Shown in pieces: positions 37,593 to 50,198 of a stretch of DNA of 64,000 nt (its first letter is position 1; every line of letters starts with the position of its first letter). A program made the translations under genes and the position numbers. This DNA is from Harriotta raleighana (lineage: Eukaryota), in assembly GCA_050575255.1 (NCBI GenBank), contig JBNZDD010013730.1, positions 6,168,543-6,232,542 of the forward strand, written 5' to 3'. The notes below the pieces were generated by a model. It saw only the letters and a program-made list of their open reading frames with translations. It was not told where the DNA came from and made no database searches.

Positions 37593-40487
37593 AAAGTGAT
37601 TTGAACAAAATGATAAAAGAGGGAAATGGTCCAGTCCACAGCTTACTGGCAACTTGAATGATAAATTCCACTCACTTGGAACATTCCTGCAGCCCTTCTA
37701 CATTTATTGGAGTGTCAATATCAGACCATAGATCAGATCTTCCAGATATTAACAGAAGATTTTAAATTTATTGAACAAAAGCATTCTATATACATTTTTT
37801 ATGAAGAGTAGGCACATTATCAATGCAAATCTGATTTAAACTACATGAATGTTAACATTCAAAGACTTTTTACATGAGGCAACCTAAATTATTTCCAGTC
37901 TCATAAACCCATTAAAGTGTTCTAACATCCCACAACACCAGAATGATTAAAACAGATTGACTTGTGCATTGTGCTTGATAACAGTTTCAAATATCAATGC
38001 CAATCAATCCATTAATTGTTAATGTTTGATTTTATAAAGTATGGATAATTTCTGACTTATGAATATCAGAAGTTCTGATGAAATGTTTTGCACAATTGCC
38101 AAACCTACATTATTTTGAGCAGTGGGAAGTCTGACATATTGACAAGAATTTTTAAAGATATAATCTTTAAAAAAGCTTCAATAACAAAAGAAGCTTCAGA
38201 TAGTACCATTCAGCTATTCCTCATTTTAATGCAATAAGTAGTACTGGATATTTTAAATCTCCGAGGAGTTTTTTTGATCATCGGTAAGTTTATCGACCTT
38301 AAGGGAAGAGAGTTTAGTTTACTTTTCATTGCACAGTAACTTACAATTTGCTAATGATTCCAAGCTGTGAAGCCAGATGACTAAAGAGATTAATAACATC
38401 CAGAGGCATCTGGGTAAATTCCAATTGTGTTCATAAATGTAGGGTAGTGTACACTGAAGAGGAAATTTTTTTCATAACGAATGTGTTGTCATCCACAAAG
38501 GTGAAAAAAGAGTGTGATTTTTTTTATTCACTGAAAGTTTCAATGAGTGTCATCAAGTCCTGGGAATATTCAGGACTATCCATGAAAAGCAGTTAATTGG
38601 ATTCCATGTAACTCTTTAATAAAACTACGTTTTTGAACAGTATAATTTTGTTTCTCTTTTCTTTCAAAATGACATCATTGTCTCAGAGCAGTTACTGGTT
38701 ACTGAACTGTAAATCAAAAATAAATCTAAATGCTTGAAATGTTGAGTACAAAATTAACAAGCATCATGGTGAAACTGTAGAATAGCAGACATACCTTTCC
38801 CAATGGAGGCATATGCATACAACATGTCATAAACTCCCATCAAAAGCATAAAGTGAAATTATTAAGACCAAATGCAACACAATGTGCTAGATGCTAATTT
38901 ATAGTACGTATAACCTATTTCTGTAATAGGCAGCTCCCAAATACCACTGCCTTTAAAAAAAATTGTACTCTTGTGGAACAAACAGATCACCAAAGCACAT
39001 TAAATTTACCAGGGCCCTGAACATAACGTATAGTCATTGCACCACTGAATTTGTGAGAAATGTTCCAATTGTTTAGACTCAGAATATAATTAACCATACG
39101 ATTTGTTCTAAATTTCATATTCAAACAATCTTTTGAACAGCTAAATTAGTGTTGCATAGCGAATATAATAAACACCAAACCCTTATCATACAGCCCATAA
39201 TTTAATGAGAACAGGTGATGATCATGCCCACTAATTATAATTTATTATTTATTACATCAAGAAGAAATACTACATAAACTACTAATGTAATTCCTTGCAG
39301 CCCAGACCACTCTCACAATAAAGGCTTCATTAGTTCATGCCATTCATTAAATTAAACCCAGAGGTCCATGTAAACCTGACCTATACTGTATTGCACTCAG
39401 ACATCCCTGAAGATTCCAGGGCTCTGGTGGTTAACACTAGCTTGCAAGTTACTGCTTCTTGATTGCTTAAAAGCAGCTATGTCGCCAAAAATCTGTCTGA
39501 ATTAGATTATCAAATGTGATAATAGAACAATATTTACTACGAGGTGTACAAAAAAAAGTTAGAAATCCCTATGCTGTATCTGTGAAAAGAAATACTGCAG
39601 TATGTGAACAAACGCTTGCGTTTACCTCAACATATCTTTATCATAAACTGTAGGGAATTCACATTGTTTCTCTATCTTGGACTCTTTCGAGTTAATGCCA
39701 TCATTATGCTAATATCATAGTTTGTATCAAGTTATTACTTTCTCCTCCACCTCTCCCTGTGTGAATTCCTAAGCTCCAAATCAACAAAGCCTTTGCAGCT
39801 TTATAATGTGTGATGTTATGCATATTTCCACAGAGGGTAATTTGGGGGTTGGGAAGGGTGGGCGGATCCCAGAAATATTGTACAAACATGAATGCAAATT
39901 ACACTTCCTGAAGAACTACAAAAGCTTTTCTGAGCCATGGCTTTAAGACTTGCTTGTAGCCTATGTGATAAAAATGATAGTATGAAGGTTAACACTACTT
40001 TAGGTGATATTTAACACCAATTCAAATCTACATTCCACAATGTGGTAAATCTTGTGAGTTACTGGACTTAAAATATCAGTTATATCATAACTGTTCAACC
40101 AATTGGGGAAGGGTAGATTCAATTAACTGCATATTTTGAATCATANAGTTATATCATAACTGTTCAACCAATTGGGGAAGGGTAGATTCAATTAACAAGT
40201 CCCACTGCATATTTTGAATCATGGTGTGTAATACTCGGCCAAATGCACAAGTCACACTCAGATCAGTTTTAATCTACCCCAGCTGTCTAAAGTCAGCACA
40301 AAAGTAATGTGTGTCAGAAAAGTGTGGTTACTACATGGTATGTGAAGGCAATATGAAGAAACACAAATACGTTTGTTCAAGTATGCGCAATATCTTTGCA
40401 ACACAATACATTGGTGCGTACAACATTAACATGGAGAAAGCATTGCAGTTGACCAGTGAAATAATGGAGTAATTACACACCAAAGCA

Positions 40488-40594
40488 CAACAACAACAAC
40501 AAATATTGCACTTGTATAGCGCCTTTCACGTCAGGAGAACAACGACTTGCAGTTGTATCGTGCCTTTCACCTGGTGTGGAATCTCAGAGCGCTT
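40488..40594 (-). mobile_element. Two abutting L2-type 3' tail fragments
   Basis: (caa)n...cttgtatagcgcctttcacgtcaggag is followed directly by aacaacgacttgcagttgtatcgtgcctttcacctgg...atctcagagcgctt. The second type also occurs at 57001. Confidence 0.7.
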
Positions 40595-41024
40595 AATAAA
40601 AGTGATTGTTTGATCAATATGTAATACATTTCTGCACACAACTTTGTTCAAGTCATAGATTTGCAACCCAAGAATGTTGTCTCATGAGGTGTGTCTTGGT
40701 GCCGCCAGACACACAAGGACAACTGGATTGCTTGATAGTGTTAATGTTCAACTCTGAACTTCCATCAGCAGTCCTACTGAAAGGTGCAAGCATCAGTTTG
40801 AGGATAAGGTTAGGGTTTTTTTTTACATCCTTTACCTCCCAGGGTATGACATCACGTTACTTTGAGTCACGTACCACATTTCTGCTCAAAGAGGTTGATT
40901 TGAATCATTCCATTGGTTGCTGTGCTTGGGTAACACGCAATGCAGCAGAATTTCCAATGTTACCATGTTGTGGACATTAAATGAGTGCACTTTTTGTGGT
41001 AGAATGGTCTGAAAAGAAATCAAC

Positions 41025-41125
41025 ATATACTGCAGATGCTGGAAAAACATTGATTCACTTTTCCATTCTCCATAGATGCTGCCTGACCTGCTGAGTGTTC
41101 CTAGTGACTTCTGTTTTTGTTTCAA
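41025..41125 (-). mobile_element. Penelope-like terminal repeat fragment with a short inverted start
   Basis: atactgcagatgctggaaa (+) is fused to aaacattgattcacttttccattctccatagatgctgcctgacctgctgagtgttcc (-), the same sequence as 15220-15300. Confidence 0.75.
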
Positions 41126-43958
41126 TGTATAGCTTTAGTCTTTGGACTCATAAAAGTATACCTTAGAAAAATGAAAAAATTAAAATACAGAACTAGTACA
41201 AATTAAACCAATCTATAATGTTTTCTTAAAACTCTTTTTTTTTTTAAAAAACTACTGCACTATTGAGAAATCATTGGGAGAGACAGGAAAAAAAAGAAGC
41301 AAATTGAACCAGGAAACTGCTGAATAGTTTGTGACTTTATCGGTAAATGTATATAACATGATGTTGGAACACAGACTCATTTGTAGCCGCAATGCCCATA
41401 AAAGTAAAGTTTCATCATGATTCTTGCATCTTTGACATTATTTCATTTCTTTAATTCTCCCACAAATGCAAACAAATGAGAAAGCAAACTTCAGTCAAAA
41501 TGAGTCAGGAACTTGTGCCTAATGACTTTAAAGGAAGCTGCTGCATTTGGGTTTTAACTGAAAAAAGCTGTCACTGTATCTGGCATGAAACTAGCTGTAC
41601 TGCCTGCTTAAATCATATTTCCTTAAAAAAGGCAACTGTCAACAAAATCCCAGAACACTTCATCTGGTCTGCATTATATTACAAGGAGGCAATTCATGCA
41701 AAGAATGTTCACACGCTGCTTTGGGCAGCATTATGCCTTGAGATAGAGTTTGGTAAACTTATTAAATTTTTGGAAGTATGTGTGCAATTAGAAATAAATT
41801 ACCCCTGCATATTTCAAGACTTTATAAGATACGATTGTGCTCCTTCAATGTCTTATTAAATAAATGGACATTTCTTTAAAACACAGGACAGAGGGTTTCC
41901 GTTTCACCTTTAAAATACATGTCACCTTCAATCAATTTGCATTTCTAGAGAATAATCTTCTTAAAAAAACTGTCACTTTGATAGATTTTCATTTGCTTAA
42001 TTTTTTTCAGTTGCTAATCACAATTCAGTGTTAGTCAGGTAGAAAAAGGAATCACCTAAGAAGCTTCATTTTCACACCAAAGGGAATGATTTAGTGACAT
42101 GTAACCATTATTCTTATCTAAAATATATTTGTTCCTCACATTATTTCAGAAAACAGTTAGGCAAAAATCTACCCACCTGCCATTCTCACATAAAGAATAG
42201 TCAAAAAAAATCAACAAGCAGTAAAGCTCAATATAATTACAAAAGGCAGTGTTATTTTATGCCTTATCTTCAAAAGCACATGCTTCAGCAGTATTTCCAA
42301 AGGTCCTATCATCAAATTTTTGTTGGAAAAAAAGAAAATTAATTTCCAACCACCCAATGCAAAACTGTTGTTGTGGATGAATACTGAATGTTTGATTTCA
42401 ACCCAAGTTTCCAATTACAGATTTCACTCACGTCAGGCATCTTGTACACCATGGTATTTCTGCTCGTCACAAACTATATTTCTTTTGTGATAAGAACGCT
42501 CAAGTACCATTTCTATTGAAAGGAAAGGAAACTGACCAACTCAACAAAACGGTTGAAATATTGTAGCATGGACAATTTCCCAAACTAAAATACATTATTC
42601 ATGTCAATTTTGTTCCACTCTTATAACAAATTGAACAAATGATTCTTCTCAAAGAGTGCTTAAACTGGTTGGTAAACAATATTCCTTACAAAGTACGTAC
42701 TGTGTAAGGGGACTCAGGATATTTGCACATGATTGGTTGAAGGATTTTAGACAATAAATCCACAACAAGAATGCCCATCAGCTAGTTAAAACCATTTAAA
42801 CTAGCTAGTGAGCTGAGCCACCGTCTGCCAACATAATACAAAAACAAAATAATTACAATTTAATTCATTTGCAAAACCCATCCTGTTTTGAATTGGCCAG
42901 GGTTCATCTTTGGATCCAGAGGAAGCAAATTCCAATTTCAGGGCAGAATATGGAAAAAACATACTTGTTATAATTAGCTCCCAGTTGGAGAAGCCAACAG
43001 CTATAATTTGCAAAGCACCTCAATGCGAATTTGTGGAATAATATCAACAATAAACCTAGATAATTGAATTTTACGCAGTCGACAATCAGAAACTCTGACA
43101 GTCAAAGGAACCCTGTTGATTCTTGAATATTTGTGTTCAATCAAAACCCCTAAGTTCAGTTAGCATGAACATTATGAGAAGCATCATTTTGTAGATTTTA
43201 TATATCAATTTGGAAGTGTTATGTTTTCAATCAAACTATTTTCTAACGATGTGGAGTATTCCTCCCTCGAACGTTGGAGATTCTGACTGTCAAAGGATGG
43301 AACAAAAATACAACAATACTGTATACAAAATGTTACTGATCACATGGTGCAATTCTGTAACTGACATGAAACTATTGTCAATGCTTATCAGCAAGGATCT
43401 TAACCTGTAAAATGTCATTAGTGTTGATAATGTTTGGAAAAATCACATTGTACACCATTTACATTAAATTTAAGCAAACTGATTTCCTTAGTCCTTTGAG
43501 CAAAAACACTGGTAACTTCCAGTACAGGAATTCAGTTCACTGAGTCCTGAAAAATTCCTTTTATTTTACAGTTTTTGGGTCTCCTATAGGATTTGAAGAA
43601 TTCAACACTAAAATTAAAATCATTTAAACTGAAGCTATCAATTTTTTACAGCAGTGTAGCCTTTGTCTTCATATGTGCCATCTCTTTTGAAATCATCACT
43701 GTCATTAAAGTGTGTTGTTAAAAGTGCATGTTTTCACCACTTAAATGCTTTCACTTCACAAAGAAATCCTGATTTCTTACCATATTCAATAACAGTTTTC
43801 ACAAATCTGAAGTAAAAATGTCACATTTTATCTCAAAATTGCACAGCTAGGAAACCCACATAACTTAATGTCTTGCTTCATTTTGTGACTCATTTGTCAG
43901 CTCATTGAGTCATTTCAGCCTATTTACATCGTGAACATTTTTTCTTGTTACGATTATT

Positions 43959-44377
43959 TTCAAGGCCATTCACAGTTCTGCACCCGCCTATCTCTCTGGC
44001 CTGCTGTCTCCCTGCCAGCTTGCCCACACCCTCCATTCAGCAGACTCAGGCCTGCTCCGCGTCCACCGCCCTAACCGCCCAACCATCGGTGGCCGGGCTT
44101 TCATCCTCTCTGCCCTGACCCTCTGGAACTCCATCACGCAGTCCCTCCGGTTGCTTCCTCCCTCTCCGCCTTCAAGGCCGGTCATAAGACTTTCCTCTTC
44201 GACCGCGCCTTCGGCTCCCCTCCTAACTCTTCCCCCTCTCCCACTCTCCTTCCCCCTTCCCCTCGACCCCCCTCCACCCCCCGCCACCCTACTCGGGTCC
44301 CGACCTGACTGTTCAGCGTTTTGGGATGTCCTTCCGATGTGAAAGGTGCTATATAAACGTAATTTTGTTGTTGTTGT
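43959..44377 (+). mobile_element. L2 LINE 3' fragment (ORF2 C-terminus, UTR, (TTG)n tail)
   Basis: FKAIHSSAPAYLSGLL...LHSADSGLLRV...TIGGRAF...LWNSI...SAFKAGHKTFLFDRAF, a typical L2 ORF2 end with one frameshift. Confidence 0.92.
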
Positions 44378-44756
44378 ATTTCTATCATTTTCATTATTAT
44401 ATTGTAAGTTTGTGACAATAATCCATCAGTATTGGTGGAAATTTAAATTAGTTTTATAATCTCTAGAGTGAATTTTACTGCTTATTAGGTTGGATTAATA
44501 ATGCTACTAAAATGTTTTTGAACATATAGTACAGCAGAAAGGTACCCTGAGCATTTCTGTTTTACCTTTTTACAACATTTAGGTAGGGACTTGTAGAAAT
44601 GTAAACCTAATCATTTAAAATTCTTTTTGAAAATTCTTTTGATAGAATCCTTTATTCCAGTGGATTTAAATGTAGAAAGGAATGATTGTGGAAACAACTG
44701 AATGTTTTTGTAAATATATCAATTTTCACTTGATAAGCGGTGAAAGTATACAAACT

Positions 44757-45094
44757 ATAATAATAATCCTTCCATTTGATTTAGCGTCTTACCACATCTT
44801 CAAGACTTCTCAAAGTGCTTCACAGAATATACTGTAAAGGAAATTGACTGGACATATTGTTCACGAAACACGATAGTCAATTGTGCACAACAGTGTCCCA
44901 TAAACAGTCATGGATTGAAGTCGATCGAACAGTCATGCTACGCCAATCGACTAAAAACCGGGTTCTTTACTTATTGCTAGGTAAACAATGGGGTGTCGAG
45001 TAAGGAAACTCACTCAACATATAGCTCTGTCGGGAATTGAACCCAAGTATCTCACTTGTAAGGCGAGTGCTCTAACCGCTGAGGCTACAGGATT
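44757..45094 (-). mobile_element. Full-length tRNA-derived SINE (long variant with complete CORE-like segment)
   Basis: Reverse complement head atcctgtagcctcagcggttagagcactcgccttacaagtgagatacttgggttcaattccc, then gagtttccttactcgacaccccattgtttacctagcaataagtaaagaacccggtttttagtcgattgg, then the shared tail. Confidence 0.88.
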
Positions 45095-45829
45095 CCAAAA
45101 ATAAACTATAAATCTCCGATTTACTGGGTAAGCATCCAAAGAAACTTGTTCATGGATAAGTAGAAGTGGCAAAGACGCCCAACAACAGATTTGTCCACAG
45201 CACCCCTGTGTCCAAACCATCAGATATGCCTTTGCCCTCCACCTTGGTACAAAGGTACACCTGTGTCCCCGTCCTCACAAATCACTTTCCAAATAGGTCG
45301 CTGTAGCAGATCCAGAATAACTATGGAGGAGAGTTGCATACTCCGCTACATTTTCAACAGTGAGTCTGAGTTGGATTGGCGTTGCTTAAGCAATTATCCA
45401 ATCTTTGAGGTGCATATTTAGCTACTGCTGGTTTTGAACAGTTATATTTTCATTTTACACAAGGAGTTGCTGGTTGTGCTGCATGCAAACAGATTTGTCT
45501 GTCTCTGGAGTGACCCTTACTGCCTAGTTCACATAATCTGAATCCTTCATTTCTAACAGATTCCATCTGGTGTTTCTAAGAAGCCAGCTGTTCTCCATCA
45601 AGCACTGATACCGACTGAACTCTGGATTGAGAGTTACGAACCCTTGGTGAGACTGGCATGGTCAGTTTGACTGGTTCTCTCTCTCTACTGGAGAAAAATT
45701 ATGTAGATGGTTAGCAACCTACCAAACTCCACACATGCGAGGAAAACTCCCTCAGTTTCCAGAGGGAATATTCCTGTCACTCAACCCAGTGGTGTAGCCA
45801 ACGTCCCAGAGAGCAACAATCAGAATTTC

Positions 45830-46000
45830 AGGGAAAAACTCACACAGAACATTCACTTCACCCAACCCAGGGGCAAAGGAACTGGAGTCAAACAGTGAGC
45901 TTTCAGTGAACAGGCAAATAGATGGTTCAGCTCGAAAGGTTTAAATGTGGGCTTGAACCCCAAATCTCTCAACTCAAAGGTGATAGTACAAACTACTGCA
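45830..46000 (-). mobile_element. Old tRNA-derived SINE 5' portion (family uncertain)
   Basis: Reverse complement gcagtagtttgtactatcacctttgagttgagagatttggggttcaagccc has A/B-box-like spacing. Confidence 0.4.
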
Positions 46001-46004
46001 AAAT

Positions 46005-46300
46005 TTCCAATGCTGTCTAGATGAACAGTTTGGATAAGAAATTGACCCGAGGTTCCATCTGACTGTTCATCTGGGCGTTAAAAATCCCATTGCACTGTTC
46101 AAAAAAGGAAGGGAGTTTCTCCCAATGATCTAGCCAACACTCCTGTAGATAAAATCAGTCACTTTGTCGATGTTTGTGGAACACTGCTAAACACAAAATT
46201 GGCTGTCACATTTCCCGACAAAATATTACACTTTACAATAAATCCTGTGAAACGCTTTGATATGTGCTTCCAATGTGAAAGGTGCTATATTAAAACAAAA
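46005..46300 (+). mobile_element. DeuSINE with Deu domain and 3' tail
   Basis: tttggataagaaattgacccgaggttccatctgactgttcatctgggcgttaaaaatcccattgcactgttcaaaaaaggaagggagtttctccc...ctagccaaca (Deu domain), then the tail gtgaaacgctttg...gtgaaaggtgctatat. Confidence 0.75.
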
Positions 46301-47632
46301 TAAAAAATTGTTGTGGAATTATTATTTTAGACCCTCATTTTAAGAGTATTCCAAAGCACCTGGACTTGGAAACATTTATCAGAACATTTATCAGTATCCA
46401 TCAGTTCATCAACTGCTGGATAATCAATTTTGTGCCTTTACACATGTTCAGTGAAATACTTATGAGAATCCTACTCCTGCACAAACTGGCAGTAACCACC
46501 TTGTTTTTTTGATGACGCACTCTTACAATTCCTGAGACTATTTTCTTAAGTTAAAACTCATTGAAAAATTCAGAACCTCCCAGCAGGCTTATTCTTCATT
46601 CTGACTTGCAAGTATATTAAGCACAGCAACAACTCTCCAGCAAACTGTGCATCAATAAGTCATCAAAAGAATTAAGCATAGTGTTTTTTTTATTCTTAAG
46701 GACAATAAAAAAGACCTGGAAGGGAAACCATGACATCCTGTTAAATCCATCCAAAACAATTACTGACACAAAGTCATGTTTGCAATCTGTTAATTACATT
46801 TTAGAAAAATCTGTGAATTACATTAAAAAGAAGCTTTTTTAAAAAAAATGGAAAAAATCAAACATTTGGGGGAAAAAGAATGGAAAATTTAGCTTTACAA
46901 TTCCAGATATTGTGAGGTTTGTCAGTTGCTCAGAACTAAATCGTACTTAAGCAAGTGATCTATCCTACTGCTGACTTGGTCTTTCATTTATTTTTTTCCG
47001 CACACTGTTTATTACAAATTGAATCAAACGTGGCTCTTGTAGTGGGTACTGCAGTGTGAAATTATTTTTCTTATCTTATTGTAGTATATTTCACAGGAAC
47101 AGATACCTGCTGTTTCTGGGCCTCTCAGTGGTAGTACAAACAGCAATCTTTCAGGGATCAATGGCAGAAAAGATACACTGAAGAGCTCATCTAAACAGCA
47201 GCATCAGAAACGACTGAGTAGTTGGCGCAAATTGTACAAACATATAGTGAAGGAAGAAAAGACAGAAGGAAAGAATAGAGAAGTACATTTCAGACATAAA
47301 AAATGTAAGCCATGATGCGTTTAAATACTTAGACCTATGATTCCCCATATGGGTTTCTGATGTCGGCTTTTATTATCAAGTGGACTCTAGGCAATTTCTT
47401 GCAAGGAAGGAGTTAAATGAAACAATGCATTTTTTCTTGTAAACACTCACATGCCTCATAAGAGATGGGGAGAGAGCAGAATTATAGGAGGCCTTGAATG
47501 GGTCATTTGCTGATTCTATTGGTTTCAGAAAGTTGCGAAACGATAGAACAACAACATTTTTCTCTACTTTTGATACCAACTTTAGACACTGCACTCATTA
47601 ATTATGTCTACCATCCTAGCAAAGAGCAATCA

Positions 47633-47775
47633 ATAATCATAATCCATGCATTTGATATAATGCCAACTCACATCGTCAAAATGTCTCAAGGTATTTTAAA
47701 GGATTTTACTGTAAAGTGTAGTGACTGAGTGTTTGCAGGGTGAATGTGGCAGTCAATTTATGCACAGCAATATGT
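47633..47775 (-). mobile_element. SINE 3' half
   Basis: aatcataatccatgcatttgatataatgcc...tgtctcaagg...gtggcagtcaatttatgcacagcaat. Confidence 0.7.
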
Positions 47776-49899
47776 TACTTACAACTTTTCCAGCAGTGAA
47801 TTGTAATGTTAGCCTGAAGTCTATGACTTTGAAGCACTGAAAGGATCCCAAATATTGATTCTCCCTTGCTCCTATTCTGCTGAAATAGGTCATCAAAGTG
47901 CCTGGATCTCAGTCATCCCAAACAGTTACAGCACTTTGAACCACCACTAGACCAACACAACATGAAAATGAACACATTTGACCTGAGAAAAAATAAAATT
48001 AAAACATAACAGTTCCTAAAGATTATGCAGGTGAAGATGCTATGCAACAAAATACATGCATTGTTATGAATCTCAGACTTTGAACGTGACAGAGTCTGTA
48101 AATCATTGGATTTAGGGTGTTACTTACTCAAACAATTGAAATCCCTCTGGTAAAATACTGATTACAAGCAGTAAAGGAAGTACAGTAGGAATCTGCATAT
48201 TTTTGTGCAACTTCATTGCCTCTGAATCTAAAAATATACAGATTATTTTCTACATGCAAAATAAATCACATTCAAATAAAAAGAAGGAATGTTTACTTTT
48301 GAAGTGAAAAGAATAGCCTTGCAAATGTATCTGTTACAATATTGTAATAATATATTTTTAGCGATTTAACCAGAGGATACATATACTGTAATATGCTCTC
48401 TACCTGGGGTGAACTGGCTGAGTAATAATTTCTTCCATAACTTTATATCCAACAGGTGTGTATTTTGTAGCATTGAAACTATAATTCAAAATTATATTTA
48501 ATTTTAAAAATTACGTTTTGAAAATCAAAGTAGTGTAAAATGAAAGACTCAGTAACAAATCCATTTAATACAGTGCAAAGTGGCATCAGAGAAGACAATT
48601 GCACTAGTGGCATTGGATTTCAGAAATTTATCTCATGAGCGAAACAATGCACTCCACGATACGAGTATAATACAATGAAGTCCGAAGTATCTGAAAAATG
48701 CAGATCCAAAGGTATTTGGCAGTAAAAAAAATCTTATAATACCACCCATGTTTATTTTCTCAGAATATTAGAACTGTTTCAATGATTAGAAAAGTGCCAC
48801 CTCTGGCTGGCTCAGATAACAAAATATTTCAGACATCAGGTGTTTTTAACAACTGAGACTCCATTGAACTGTACATAATGTAAGTACTGTACTATTTAAC
48901 AATTGCTTGTAAACTCTACCAAATCTTAGCTAGTTAAGAAGCAAGTGAACTATTTCCCACAAACAATTTGAAAATCCATATCGAGCTTCTGTGGTTACTT
49001 CTTTGCCCAACACAAATGCACAATTTTGCTTTTGGAATACAGAGGTGCTTCTATAATAATACAGCCCACTTTCATTTACACTTGCTTGTGTTTGTATAAC
49101 AATCTTGAGGAAAATATTGATTACTTTTCATCCAATGTTACAGAAAAGTTATTTGTTTGTTTTAAAAAAAAAGCTAAGCCTGGACTAAAACACACCAAAT
49201 CTACATGTAGAATAATGGATGCCTGGAAATAATTATAAGCAATAATCTAATCAAGGAGTTCAGATGATTTATATATAAAATAGTGGAAACCTGGGAGCTA
49301 TTACAAGGCAATAATTTAATTGAGTTCAGATGACATCATAAATTTCACAAAATGAAGCTGAAGCAGTTTATATTCATCATCTTAAGATCAAGATTAAACC
49401 ACTGCCTTGAATCAATCCCTGATATCTGGTATCTGTTAATATACATATTGCTTCAATTTTATGTGGGTTTTTTTTGGTGGTGTAAGCTTTTATGATATTG
49501 CTGACTGTTAATGTGGAAGCCTTTCATTGCACTTGAGAGGTGAAGCCGATCACATTCACAGAGAGGATTAATGATAGGAAGGTCAGTCCTTCCACTTCAA
49601 CAAAAAAAAACCTTAATTTATCGGGACCTTCTAATGCCAAGCATATACTTTACATTAGGTTAACTTTGCTTCTGGTCTTGAACCTTATTCAGAATATCTT
49701 TACTGCTGTGCTCTGTTCAACTATCCACATGTGAAAGATGACAAATGTGAACTCCACGAGCATTTTAAAGGCATCCAGAGAAGAATATGTCAGCTCTTGT
49801 TGAAAATTCAAGGGATCATATTCTCACCATGTGGCCTTTCCTTGTCTCAATGGCTGGATTAAACAAAACATTTTGTGAACACATCAAAGGTGACTTCTA

Positions 49900-50176
49900 A
49901 CCCTTTGTCCTTGCTCAAATAAGCTGCCCTATTGTTCTCCTTGTTTATAAAAATGTATATTTTGCCACAAAGCCTTCAAAACTTTTAAAGTCCTCTGCCT
50001 TTACTCATTCTTGGGAAATGTGAAATTAAAAGCAGGACGTGGTGACCTCAGATCCTCAGGATCAGAAACAGGGGGAAAAAACGTTAGTCAGGAAATCTCT
50101 CACGTCAGAATCAGGAGAACACCCTCCTCACTTTTTTCAGCTCTGATTGTGGGACTGTTGGTAAAGTAAAGCCTCC
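49900..50176 (+). promoter_or_regulatory. Putative ADGRL4 proximal promoter / 5'UTR
   Basis: Repeat-free region just upstream of the ATG. Motifs: SOX-like ATTGTT 49931, FOX/TATA-like TGTTTATAAAA 49942, TGGGAA 50012, ETS CAGGAAAT 50089, CRE-like TCACGTCA 50100. The TSS cannot be placed from sequence. Confidence 0.45.
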
Positions 50177-50198
50177 ATGAAATTCATTTTACTGTTTG
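50177..50198 (+). CDS. adgrl4: ADGRL4/ELTD1 coding exon 1 (start of signal peptide, MKFILLF + 1 nt)
   Basis: gcctccATG AAA TTC ATT TTA CTG TTT G|gtaagt. Kozak-like context and a consensus donor in phase 1. It joins in frame to 53478 (G+TG=Val), giving MKFILLFVWLSSLLDLC, comparable to human ELTD1 MKRLPLLVVFSTLLNC. Confidence 0.85.

Noticed and set aside
40606-41859. 124-aa and 127-aa ORFs
   Set aside because: No homology or exon structure that I can recognise.
45600-46000. LF-SINE assignment
   Set aside because: Only short patches (accatct, ctgttc, tccagttcct) recall LF-SINE, which is too weak to name without an HMM search.
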